This document shows positions 54,069 to 63,205 of a DNA stretch of 64,000 bases, piece by piece. This DNA is from Sulfurimonas sp. GTDB taxonomy: Bacteria; Campylobacterota; Campylobacteria; Campylobacterales; Sulfurimonadaceae. Where the stretch lies: contig NZ_JAQVKP010000009.1 in NCBI RefSeq assembly GCF_028694605.1, positions 28,797 to 92,796 on the forward strand. Reading direction: 5' to 3'. The notes beneath the pieces were generated by a model. It saw nothing but the letters and a program-made list of their open reading frames with translations. It searched no databases and was not told the DNA's origin. The position numbers and the translations under genes are program-made. Every line of letters starts with the position of its first letter. Position 1 is the first letter of the stretch.

Positions 54069-54944
54069 CTAAAATTTGATAGAGAGATAAAAACTAATCT
54101 CAAACTTACTATCCTCGCTTAGATAGTTGTTTTTTTTGTATATAACATAAGGCGGTTTTGTCGTGGTTTCGTACTCGCTCTTTGGGAGCCACTCGTGGTA
54201 AACCCACTGTATAAACTTGAGCATGTCGCCTTGCTCTCCCACCAAATCAAACTTTGCATAAATCCCATCCGAGATGTTGAATTTGGGTAGCCTGTCGCTC
54301 TTAACCTTAGTGCCTTTTTCTACCACCACACATGCGACATACTGGCACTCTGCAAGCGGCGTTACGGTCGGGTTGTCATGAAAAAGAGCAATCTGTTTGT
54401 ACTCTGTTATGTTATTGCTAAAAATCCAAGTTTGCAGCTTTTGCCAAGTACGGCTTATCTGTGCATTGTAGCCGCTGTGTCTTATGTAGTACGCTTCAAT
54501 CAGCGGCATTTTTACTATGGTAGGCTCAATGTGATCAAATTTTGCGGTTGATTTTCTGGCTTTTTTGGATTGTTCTATGATATCTTGCGAAAACTTTTTG
54601 TATCCGCCGCTCTTCCACTCTTTAGGTGTCATGCCAAAACGCTCTTTAAAAACCCGTAAAAAGGATGTCTGAGAGCTGTAGCCGCAGATATTTGCCACAT
54701 CGCTGATGGTCGAATATTTATTTGTAAGAAGAAGATTGGACGCTTTTTGCAGTCGGATGGATTTTATGCTCTCATAGATGTTTTTTGAAAATATCTCTTT
54801 AAAAATCCTGTGCATATGAAATTTGCTGACTTTCAAGTCCTCGCTCAACTCATCCATATCGATATTTGTCTCTATGTGCGTGTAAATATAGTACATGATA
54901 GCATTGGCAATTTGTACTCTTTTTTGAAGCGTCTCTTTTTTCAT
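54069..54944 (-). CDS. AraC-family transcriptional regulator with a GyrI-like effector-binding domain (Rob-like architecture)
   Basis: N-terminal double HTH ('LSEDLKVSKFHMHRIFKE...', 'ISDVANICGYSSQTSFLRVFKERFGMTPKEW'). The C-terminal ~160 aa have a GyrI-like pattern. Confidence 0.85.
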   Translation of the reverse strand: MKKETLQKRVQIANAIMYYIYTHIETNIDMDELSEDLKVSKFHMHRIFKEIFSKNIYESIKSIRLQKASNLLLTNKYSTISDVANICGYSSQTSFLRVFKERFGMTPKEWKSGGYKKFSQDIIEQSKKARKSTAKFDHIEPTIVKMPLIEAYYIRHSGYNAQISRTWQKLQTWIFSNNITEYKQIALFHDNPTVTPLAECQYVACVVVEKGTKVKSDRLPKFNISDGIYAKFDLVGEQGDMLKFIQWVYHEWLPKSEYETTTKPPYVIYKKNNYLSEDSKFEISFYLSIKF

Positions 54945-54951
54945 GACAATA

Positions 54952-54960
54952 ATTCTAGCA
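54952..54960 (-). promoter_or_regulatory. extended -10 element TGCTAGAAT (minus strand), 7 nt upstream of the AraC-family ATG (leaderless geometry)
   Basis: The reverse complement of 54945-54960 reads TGCTAGAAT-TATTGTC, followed by ATG (54944-54942). No SD is present. Confidence 0.45.
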
Positions 54961-54980
54961 AAATATCTTTATTTTTAGTA

Positions 54981-55014
54981 CAAAAATAGATATTTTATTT
55001 AGCAAAAATAGATA
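54981..55014. promoter_or_regulatory. direct repeat CAAAAATAGATA x2 (54981-54992 and 55003-55014, 22-bp period) in the divergent AraC / biotin-carboxylase intergenic region
   Basis: Two exact 12-mers two helical turns apart. Confidence 0.4.
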
Positions 55015-55095
55015 GTTTTTATAGCATAAAAAGTGAAGAATTTATTTTTTCAAAGCTATAAAATTTCGTTTAAATTTATCCGCAAGGTGCATGAG

Positions 55096-56547
55096 ATGAA
55101 AAAAATCACAAAGATACTGGTTGCAAACAGAGGCGAAATCGCTCTAAGAATCATTAGAGCGTGTAAAGAGTTGGATATAAAAAGTGTAGCTATCTTCTCG
55201 GAGGTTGATGTTGAGGGGATTTGGGTAAAAAAGGCTGATGAGTGCTACCCGATAACCGGAGATGCGCTTCAAGCGTACCTTGACTATGACCGCATCATCA
55301 CGCTTGCACTTAAAGCCGGATGTGACGCTATCCATCCGGGGTATGGTTTCTTGTCTGAAAATGCAGAATTTGCAGCGGCATGTGGGGAAAGAGGACTTAT
55401 ATTTATCGGTCCAAAACCTGAGCATATCGCACTTTTTGGCGATAAAATGGCTTCAAAAGTGGCGATGCGCGAAATCGGCGTTCCTGTTTTAGAGGGTACG
55501 GATGAGCCTATAGTTGACAAAGCAGAGGGTGCAAAAATCGCTGCAAAAATCGGTTTTCCTGTTATCATCAAAGCGGCATTTGGCGGCGGCGGCAGAGGGA
55601 TGAGAATCGTAAAGAGTGCAAAACTGTTTGATGAGATGTTTGACTCTGCGACAAACGAAGCTAAAAAATATTTCGGAAAAGGGGATGTTTTCATTGAAAA
55701 ATATGTGGAAAATCCTCGCCATATCGAGATTCAGGTAGTAGCTGACAAATACGGCAATGTTGTGCATTTGGGGGAAAGAGACTGCTCAATTCAGCGAAGA
55801 CACCAAAAAGTGATAGAAATCGCTCCATCGCCTAGACTAAATCCCGAAGCGAGAAAAGAGCTTTACAGAATCTCTACAAAAGCGATGATGAAACTCGGTT
55901 ACGAGAGTGTGGGGACGGTAGAGTATCTGCTTGATGAAGATGACAATATCTACTTTATAGAGATGAACACAAGGGTTCAGGTTGAGCATCCCGTCACTGA
56001 AATTATCTCGGGAGTGGACATTATCCAAAGAATGATAGAGATTGCAGAGGGCGATAAACTAAAGTACCTGCAAGAGGAGATTAAGTTTCGTGGGTACGCA
56101 ATCGAGTTTAGAATCAATGCGGAAAATCCTCAAAACAACTTTATGCCATCAATCGGGACTATCACAAACTATATGACTCCGGGTGGTCCGGGGGTAAGAC
56201 TTGACTCAAGCGTTTATACCGGTTATACCATCGTGCCAAACTATGATTCAATGGTAGGAAAGCTCATCGTTTGGGCGCTTGACTGGGAGGGTGCCGTTAA
56301 AAAAGCCTCAAGAGCTTTAGACGAGTTTTACATCGACGGCGTTATCACAAATCTTCCTCTTCATAGAGAGATAGTAAAAGATAAAGATTTTATGGAAGGC
56401 AAGCTAAACACAAGCTATTTGGACAAAAAGATGGAACTCTTCAACCTGAAAGCTACAAAAACGATAGCAGATGAAGAGAAAAAGACATCATTTATAGCAA
56501 GCCTTATCAATAAGATTAAAGAGCATAAGCTCATTGTAAGACACTAG
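55096..56547 (+). CDS. biotin carboxylase (PycA/AccC family; its 483-aa length fits the pyruvate/2-oxoacid carboxylase subunit A type)
   Basis: 'KILVANRGEIALRIIRACKELDI', 'HPGYGFLSEN', the ATP-grasp 'GGGGRGMR', and 'EMNTRVQVEHPVTE'. I moved the start to ATG 55096. Confidence 0.88.
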   Translation: MKKITKILVANRGEIALRIIRACKELDIKSVAIFSEVDVEGIWVKKADECYPITGDALQAYLDYDRIITLALKAGCDAIHPGYGFLSENAEFAAACGERGLIFIGPKPEHIALFGDKMASKVAMREIGVPVLEGTDEPIVDKAEGAKIAAKIGFPVIIKAAFGGGGRGMRIVKSAKLFDEMFDSATNEAKKYFGKGDVFIEKYVENPRHIEIQVVADKYGNVVHLGERDCSIQRRHQKVIEIAPSPRLNPEARKELYRISTKAMMKLGYESVGTVEYLLDEDDNIYFIEMNTRVQVEHPVTEIISGVDIIQRMIEIAEGDKLKYLQEEIKFRGYAIEFRINAENPQNNFMPSIGTITNYMTPGGPGVRLDSSVYTGYTIVPNYDSMVGKLIVWALDWEGAVKKASRALDEFYIDGVITNLPLHREIVKDKDFMEGKLNTSYLDKKMELFNLKATKTIADEEKKTSFIASLINKIKEHKLIVRH

Positions 56548-56609
56548 GGTGGGCGGAGAGATTTTCTTTCTTTGGATACAATTTGAAACAAAAATGAGGA
56601 GCTTGGACA

Positions 56610-57269
56610 ATGCAAGATGCTATCATAAAGGGAAACGAGCTTTTCCAAAAGAGTTTTTTTAAGGCGTATGAGAAGGAGTTTTTACAACTCTCTCATAAAG
56701 GGCAAGCTCCAAAAGCACTCTATATCGGTTGCTCGGACTCAAGAGTTTTGCCAAATCTCATTACCAAAAGTGCACCGGGAGATCTCTTTGTTGTACGTAA
56801 TGTGGGTAATTTTGTTGCCCCTTACAAGCCTGATGAAGATTTTCACTCAACGGCTTCGGCAATTGAGTATGCCGTAAGTGTGCTTGAAGTCAAAAATATC
56901 ATCGTTTGCGGACATACAAAATGCGGTGCAATTGAGGCTATCCATCAAAAAAGCTGTGAGAACAATCCTGAACTTGTTCATACAAAAACATGGCTTACCC
57001 TTGGCGAGAGCGCAAAATCACAAGCGATTTTGGCTTTAGGGTTAAAGGCAGATAAAGAGGTTTTATACCGCTTGACGGAAAAACTCTCCGTTGTTTCACA
57101 ACTAGAAAATCTCTTGACTTACCCATCTGTCAAAAAAAGAGTCGATAGCGGAGCAATTGCCATCCATGGTTGGATATATGACATACAGAGCGGCGAGATA
57201 GAGTACTACGATCCGGAAATCTCACAGTTTTTACCGCTAAGTTCGCTTAAGGTGGAAGAGGAGCTATAA
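56610..57269 (+). CDS. beta-class carbonic anhydrase
   Basis: Zinc ligands 'GCSDSRV' and 'GHTKCGA'. Confidence 0.9.
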   Translation: MQDAIIKGNELFQKSFFKAYEKEFLQLSHKGQAPKALYIGCSDSRVLPNLITKSAPGDLFVVRNVGNFVAPYKPDEDFHSTASAIEYAVSVLEVKNIIVCGHTKCGAIEAIHQKSCENNPELVHTKTWLTLGESAKSQAILALGLKADKEVLYRLTEKLSVVSQLENLLTYPSVKKRVDSGAIAIHGWIYDIQSGEIEYYDPEISQFLPLSSLKVEEEL

Positions 57270-59069
57270 AAAGTACCTCTTTATCCACACGCTAAGCACA
57301 TAAAGCCCCCAGACGTGCTGTTTAAAGCCGCCTGCGTGGGCTTTTTGTATGTACTCTTCTAGTTTTTCTCTCTTAAAAATCCCGCTTTGCTCATTTACCT
57401 CTCTTATGACATCTATCTTTTTGCTCTCTATAAGGTACTCCATAAACGGATTTGAGAACCCTTTTTTCTTCCTTGTGAGTATTTTTGAGTCTATATGCGG
57501 TTTTAAAGCCTCTTTTAAAAGTGCTTTTGTTATGCCATCTTGATAGCGGATTTTTGGGTCTATGCTAAAGATAAGAGAGGCTAATTTGTGGTCTAAAAAC
57601 GGGGTGCGGGACTCTATGGAGTGTGCCATACTGACACGGTCAAGCTTTGCAAGATAGTGTTCTGCTTGGAAAAGGTGCAGGTCGATGTAGCTATACCAGA
57701 TGCTCTCATGGGTGTGGGCGGATGCCTCAAAGCGTTCACGGTAATTTTTTATATATTTGAGCGATTCGTTGTCTCTTATATTTTGGCGCATGGCGATATT
57801 TTTTTGCAAATCGCTAAAGCTCTCTCCCGTGGTGCGAAACAAAAGTGTGCCGTCAAATACTCTTTTGTAGCGTTCCCACTCTCTGTTCATGGAGAAATTG
57901 GAGTGAAAATAGTTGCTGAGCCAGTTTTTATTTTTTAGTCGTGTCAAGTTCTGTACATCCAAAAACTCAAAATATTGTCTGTATCCCAAAAAGAGCTCAT
58001 CGCTTCCCTCGCCGCTTAAAACTACTCTGTACCCATCTTTTTTTATCTGCTCAAAAAGAAGGTACAAAGGTATGGCGGCGGGGTCGTTGAGCGGTTCATC
58101 AAGTGTATCTAAAACCCTATCGCTCGCCTCTAAAAACTCTTTTTGTCCTATGATAACTTCTTTGTTTTTTACTCCCAAAAGCTCTGCGCTCTCTTTTGCG
58201 TTTTGCCGCTCATCGTACTTTGCAAACTCCCTGTAGCCAAGAGTGTAGGTTTGCAGATTTGTGCCGCTTTTGAGCGCATAGGCGTTTATCGCCGCACTGT
58301 CGATGCCGCCTGAGAGGAGCGATGCCATGGGTACGTCGGCACTAAGGCGCAAGTTTATGGACTCTTCAAGCATTTCTCGCACCCGAAAAACCGCCTCTTC
58401 TTTGTCGGTGATGAGATTTGGTTTTGCATCAAGCAGGTCAAAATATCTCTTTACCTCAAATGCACCGTTTTGGTAAATAAGGTACTCTCCCGCTCCCAGT
58501 TTTTTGATGCCTTTAAAAAAAGTAAAGGGCGGCGAGGGTGCTAAAAATGAGAGATAGCTAAGAAGCGCATCAGAGTCCATCTCTGTTTTGTGTAAAAAAG
58601 GAAGAAGTGCTTTTATCTCCGAGGCAAAGACGAATGAGTTGTTGTGGAGATAAAAAAGCGGTTTTTTGCCAAGTCTGTCACGAAAAAGGTATAGCGTTTC
58701 ATCGTCTAAGAGTGCGATGGCAAACATCCCGCGCAAATGCGTTACAAACTTAACGCCCCATTTGAGATAGGCGGCGATGAGAACCTCTGCTTCACTCTGC
58801 GTCTCAAAGTCAAATCCATCCCTAAGCTCGCTAAGAAGCTCTTTGTAGTTGTAAATCTCACCATTAAAAGAGAGCAGGATATTTGCATATTTTACGGGCT
58901 GGTTTGAATCGGATGAGGTATCCATAATACTTAGTTTTTGATGGGCAAAAAAGAGGTTTTTTCTCTGCACAACTCCGCAAAAATCTGGTCCTCTGTGTGT
59001 AAGTGCGGCAAGAGCAGTTTTGGCTGCATGCTCATCATATTCACCTAAAATCCCAAAAACCGCACACAT
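57264..59069 (-). CDS. asnB: asparagine synthase (glutamine-hydrolysing) family amidotransferase
   Basis: N-terminal nucleophile 'MCAVFGI', and the PP-loop 'LLSGGIDSAAI'. Confidence 0.85.
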   Translation of the reverse strand: MCAVFGILGEYDEHAAKTALAALTHRGPDFCGVVQRKNLFFAHQKLSIMDTSSDSNQPVKYANILLSFNGEIYNYKELLSELRDGFDFETQSEAEVLIAAYLKWGVKFVTHLRGMFAIALLDDETLYLFRDRLGKKPLFYLHNNSFVFASEIKALLPFLHKTEMDSDALLSYLSFLAPSPPFTFFKGIKKLGAGEYLIYQNGAFEVKRYFDLLDAKPNLITDKEEAVFRVREMLEESINLRLSADVPMASLLSGGIDSAAINAYALKSGTNLQTYTLGYREFAKYDERQNAKESAELLGVKNKEVIIGQKEFLEASDRVLDTLDEPLNDPAAIPLYLLFEQIKKDGYRVVLSGEGSDELFLGYRQYFEFLDVQNLTRLKNKNWLSNYFHSNFSMNREWERYKRVFDGTLLFRTTGESFSDLQKNIAMRQNIRDNESLKYIKNYRERFEASAHTHESIWYSYIDLHLFQAEHYLAKLDRVSMAHSIESRTPFLDHKLASLIFSIDPKIRYQDGITKALLKEALKPHIDSKILTRKKKGFSNPFMEYLIESKKIDVIREVNEQSGIFKREKLEEYIQKAHAGGFKQHVWGLYVLSVWIKRYFL

Positions 59070-59071
59070 CT

Positions 59072-59656
59072 TTAAGCCTTCAAAAACATAACTGTAATAT
59101 CTTCTTGCATATAATCATCCCGCAAAATTACCTCTTTTACCCCTAGATGATGTGCCATCTGCATAATCTGCTCAGTTGTGAGGTAGTTGTAAGTTTGGCT
59201 CTTTTTCTCGCCGTGAAGTACATTAAAGCAAAAACCGATACGAGAAGCCTTAAAGCAGTTTTGCACAAAAAGATAACTCTCAAACTCTTCCAAAACATTC
59301 ATCGCACCGCTACAAATGTAAAAATCAGCAGTAGGAAGATTGTCTTTGCAGATGTCCGCAACGATGATTTCACACCCTGTACGTTCACTTGCGATAGAGT
59401 ACATGTCCACTAGCGCATCTATGCCGACGTACTCTTTTGGCGCTCTTTTTTTCTTCTGCATATAGAGATATAAATCGCCAAACCCACATCCCGCATCTGC
59501 AACGCTGTAGAGGCTCATGTCGGTGGGCAACATCTCTAAGATGATGTCAAAGCGTACTTTTTGTGACTCTTTTGAGTGCCAATTTACGCCCTTGGCTGTT
59601 ACGCCGTACTTTTCTATGGCGGTAGAGTAGAATGTTTTGTTGTCAACTTTAGGCAT
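59072..59656 (-). CDS. class I SAM-dependent methyltransferase
   Basis: Motif I 'VADAGCGFGDL'. Its stop lies 2 nt before the asnB-like start. Confidence 0.7.
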   Translation of the reverse strand: MPKVDNKTFYSTAIEKYGVTAKGVNWHSKESQKVRFDIILEMLPTDMSLYSVADAGCGFGDLYLYMQKKKRAPKEYVGIDALVDMYSIASERTGCEIIVADICKDNLPTADFYICSGAMNVLEEFESYLFVQNCFKASRIGFCFNVLHGEKKSQTYNYLTTEQIMQMAHHLGVKEVILRDDYMQEDITVMFLKA

Positions 59657-59719
59657 GGTTTACTCGTTTCATTTGCGAATTATAGTATAAAATAGGGTTA
59701 TACTAAACAAGGATTTTTT

Positions 59720-60676
59720 ATGAACCACATGTACAATCTAGCCATCATTGGCGCAGGACCCGCAGGAATTGCTACGGCTGTTGAGAGTTATCTGCAAGGC
59801 ATTCGTGACATCATTTTGCTTGAAAAAGACCAAAACCACAACTCCACTATCCGAAAATACTACAAAGACAACAAAAGAGTTGACAAGGATTGGAAAGGGC
59901 AAAAGGTCGAACTTGACGGGCGCATATACTTTGTGGACGGGACAAAAGAGAGTACTTTAGACTTTTTTGACGAGATTTTGGCACGCCACTCCGTTGAGCT
60001 CAAAACCCACACAGAGGTGCAAAAAATAGAAAAAAGAGATGGGTATTTTGAAGTTTTTGTGGGTGGCGGAAGCATCAATGCAAAGTATGTGGTGGTAACG
60101 ATTGGCAGGATGGGCAAACCAAACAAACCCGACTACAAAATCCCCCTAGAGATAAAAAGCAGGGTAGGGTTTACGCTTGAGGGCTGTACGGGCGGCGAGC
60201 AGGTGCTTGTTGTGGGCGGAGGCGATAGTGCTATTGAGTATGCGGTTGAACTTGCCGGCAAAAATGAAGTGGGCATCTGTTACAGACGGGAGACCTTTAG
60301 ACGGGCAAACCCAACCAACCAAAGAGATATAGCAAACGCCATTATGCACAAAGAGGTCGAGGCGATTTTGGGTGTGGATATAGTTTCACTGGAAAATGGG
60401 GACGGGAGAGTAAAAGTCAACTTCGACACCATAGAATCCCAAACATACGACAGGGTTATCTACGCCATCGGCGGCACGACACCAAGCGCATTTTTGGCAA
60501 GTTCGGGTATAAAAGAGGAGGATGGCAAACCCGTCCATGACGAAAACTATGAGACAAACATAAAAGGTCTTTTTGTAGCGGGAGATATAACGCAAGAGAG
60601 CGGCGGAAGTATAGCACTAGGGCTAAACCACGGCTATGCCATCGCTTGTCATATCCAAGAAAAGAAAGTTATTTAA
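59720..60676 (+). CDS. FAD/NAD(P)-dependent oxidoreductase (thioredoxin-reductase fold without a redox CxxC; YpdA-like)
   Basis: 'LAIIGAGPAG', a second Rossmann motif 'VLVVGGGDSAIEYA', and 'LFVAGDI'. Confidence 0.7.
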   Translation: MNHMYNLAIIGAGPAGIATAVESYLQGIRDIILLEKDQNHNSTIRKYYKDNKRVDKDWKGQKVELDGRIYFVDGTKESTLDFFDEILARHSVELKTHTEVQKIEKRDGYFEVFVGGGSINAKYVVVTIGRMGKPNKPDYKIPLEIKSRVGFTLEGCTGGEQVLVVGGGDSAIEYAVELAGKNEVGICYRRETFRRANPTNQRDIANAIMHKEVEAILGVDIVSLENGDGRVKVNFDTIESQTYDRVIYAIGGTTPSAFLASSGIKEEDGKPVHDENYETNIKGLFVAGDITQESGGSIALGLNHGYAIACHIQEKKVI

Positions 60677-60678
60677 CT

Positions 60679-61842
60679 TCAGTCTGCTCTTTCTTTTTTT
60701 TGTTTATGGTTGTTGATAAGCTTGATGATTATCATTATGGAGATGGCCTGAAAGAGCGAAGCCAAGATAAGTGCATAGTAGTAGAGTTCATTGATGCTAT
60801 TTGCGTTGTACGCAAGTGTTGCCATTGCAATAAGAAGTGTAAGCGGCATTGCGTGGGAGAGTCCCATTAGGATAGAATCTGTCGTCCCCAGTTCTTTGAC
60901 AAAAACAAGCGAAGCTGCAACACGCATCACAGTCATAGCAAGTGTAATAAGAAGCGCTTTTGTGATAAGCCCGTCCATAAAGAGTGCTTCAAGGTGAAAT
61001 GAAGCGCCGATATGGATAAAAAAGATAGGTATCAAAAACCCAAAACCAAAAGAGGCTAGTTTTTCAGGAAGCTCTTTTTTGTGCTCAAAAAAGGTAGGGA
61101 TAAAGATACCTGCCAAAAATGCCCCAAAGGCAAGCTCAAGCTCAAGATATAGCATCGCTCCCACAAGAAGAAAAAAGATGCCCATGGAGAGCCTGATATC
61201 TTGTTCTTTCTTGTCGTCATAGGGCATAAGGGATGTTGCAACCTCCGGAAACCACCAGAAAAGAAGTTCGATAGCGCGAAAGAGTGAGAACATAAAGAGC
61301 AAAAAGAAGATAAGCGCAAAGATGGTTTGTACAAGTCCAAGACCAACTCCCGTGTGAAGCGTAGCAGAGGTAAGCGTTAAAAACCCGATGCTCACTATTT
61401 CACCGATTGCTCCTGCCGTCATAGAGAGAGCAAGCCAAGGTGTTTTGCCATATTCTTTGGAGAGAGTGGCGATAAGCCCGACAGAGATAAGAGGCATAAG
61501 GACCATAAAAAGCTTACTTAGCCCAAAATAGAGGGTAAAAGCTATGGAAAATCCATACAAGATAGTAAGATAGACAACGATTTTTCTCACCAGCTCTTTT
61601 GGTGTTTTGAGCGTGCTTTTAAGGTTTATCTCTGTTCCGGCGATAAAAATCAGATATAAAAATCCAAACTCAGCAACGATATCAAAAAGGTGCTCATTAT
61701 GTAAAAAACCCGCATATCCAAAAATCGCTCCAAACATAATCTCAACAGGCGTAATAGGGATTCTTAAAACTTTTGCAAAATATGGCGAGAATATGATGAT
61801 AAGTGAAATCGTAACGATGAGGACAATAGAGTCTTGCATCAA
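60679..61842 (-). CDS. cation:proton antiporter (CPA1/CPA2 Na+/H+-exchanger fold)
   Basis: About 12 TM helices with an N-terminal 'LRIPITPVEIMFGAIFG' pattern typical of Kef/NapA-type exchangers. Confidence 0.75.
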   Translation of the reverse strand: MMQDSIVLIVTISLIIIFSPYFAKVLRIPITPVEIMFGAIFGYAGFLHNEHLFDIVAEFGFLYLIFIAGTEINLKSTLKTPKELVRKIVVYLTILYGFSIAFTLYFGLSKLFMVLMPLISVGLIATLSKEYGKTPWLALSMTAGAIGEIVSIGFLTLTSATLHTGVGLGLVQTIFALIFFLLFMFSLFRAIELLFWWFPEVATSLMPYDDKKEQDIRLSMGIFFLLVGAMLYLELELAFGAFLAGIFIPTFFEHKKELPEKLASFGFGFLIPIFFIHIGASFHLEALFMDGLITKALLITLAMTVMRVAASLVFVKELGTTDSILMGLSHAMPLTLLIAMATLAYNANSINELYYYALILASLFQAISIMIIIKLINNHKQKKERAD

Positions 61843-62687
61843 TTTTGTACCGTTGTAGCGATATCAAGCCCAAGAGAGCGGAGCATCTCCAAATCCCTCT
61901 CCATCGCCTTGCCGCTTGTAGTGAGGTAGTTTCCTATAACGATGGAGTTTGCTCCATTGGCAAATATCTCGCCTTCTCTTGCACCAAACATCAATCCTCT
62001 GCCGCCTGCAACCATGATTCTTTGCGCAGAGGGAACCACTTCTCGTGTAAGCTTGACAAGCGCTAACGCCTCATCAACGCTAAGCTGATTTGGTTGTAGT
62101 TGCAACGCTTCATTGTGGTGGTAAAAGTTGATAGGAACGGAAGCAGGGTGCAAAGATGCAATAGACTCAAGCATGGAAATTCTATCTTCATGGCTCTCTC
62201 CAAGCCCAAAAATCCCACCGCTGATAAGCGCCAAACCCGCCTCATTTACATTTTTGCAAGTCTCATAACGCTCATCCCAAGAGTGGGTTGTACAGATTTG
62301 AGGATAAAAGTTGCGCGAAGTCTCTAGGTTGTGGTTGTATGCCTTTATGCCGGATGCTTTGAGTGTCAAGAGCTGCTCTACGCTTGCCGTGCCGTTACAT
62401 GCGATAAGGCGGAGTTTTGGTGTCTCTTTTGTCAAAACTTCTGCAACAGAGCAGACAAAATCAATTGTTTTATCGTTGAGACCCTTGTCAGACGTGACAA
62501 GACAAAACCCAAGCGCGCCACTCGCCTCTGCATTGCGTGCTTCTTGCAAGATAAGCGAGATATCTTTTTGTTTGTAGCGCTCAATGTCAGCTTTGTAGCG
62601 TACACTTTGCGAACAAAACTTACAATCCTCATTGCATGTACCGCTGTTGATGTTGCAGATGGAACATAAAAATATCTTCTCGCTCAT
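61839..62687 (-). CDS. bioB: biotin synthase
   Basis: Radical SAM 'CNEDCKFCSQS' and the overall BioB pattern ('YNHNLETS', 'CSGGIFGLGE'-like 'ISGGIFGLGE'). Confidence 0.92.
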   Translation of the reverse strand: MSEKIFLCSICNINSGTCNEDCKFCSQSVRYKADIERYKQKDISLILQEARNAEASGALGFCLVTSDKGLNDKTIDFVCSVAEVLTKETPKLRLIACNGTASVEQLLTLKASGIKAYNHNLETSRNFYPQICTTHSWDERYETCKNVNEAGLALISGGIFGLGESHEDRISMLESIASLHPASVPINFYHHNEALQLQPNQLSVDEALALVKLTREVVPSAQRIMVAGGRGLMFGAREGEIFANGANSIVIGNYLTTSGKAMERDLEMLRSLGLDIATTVQN

Positions 62688-63205
62688 TTTTTTTCTCTTT
62701 CAAAAGTAAAATGCTCTTTGTCTATATTTTCGCTTTTGTTGGCACGGGTATAGCGTGTAATGTTATAGGTGTCGTTTAAAAGTTCAAGCATCGACCATTC
62801 AGAGAGCGGCTTGTTGCGTGCGCATACCTCGCCTGAGTTGAGAAAAAGCTTGTTGTTTGTGTATTGGAGCGAAAACTCATGAGTATGTCCAAAGATAATC
62901 ACATCCGCATCAGGTGCCATGTAAAAAGGGAGATGCATCAGTTTGAAGCGTGTTTTTGCAAGTTCAAAGTAGTATGGCTCCTGCACAAGGTTGAACTGCG
63001 TGTGAAAATGAGCCAAATGGGCATCATTGTTTCCATAAACAGCGATATAGGGAATATTGCTCTCTTGTAAAAGATGCAGCACCTCAATATCTACGATATC
63101 TCCAGCATGAACGAAAAACTCCGCCCCGTCATGTAAAAGCGTCTCAATGGCACGTTGGGCTTTTTTTGGTTTTTTGTGCGTATCTGAGATAATTCCGATT
63201 TTCAC
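62684..63205 (-). CDS. YfcE/MJ0936-family metallophosphoesterase
   Basis: 'KIGIISDTH', 'HAGDIV', 'GNND', 'GHTH'. Confidence 0.85.
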   Translation of the reverse strand: MKIGIISDTHKKPKKAQRAIETLLHDGAEFFVHAGDIVDIEVLHLLQESNIPYIAVYGNNDAHLAHFHTQFNLVQEPYYFELAKTRFKLMHLPFYMAPDADVIIFGHTHEFSLQYTNNKLFLNSGEVCARNKPLSEWSMLELLNDTYNITRYTRANKSENIDKEHFTFEREKK

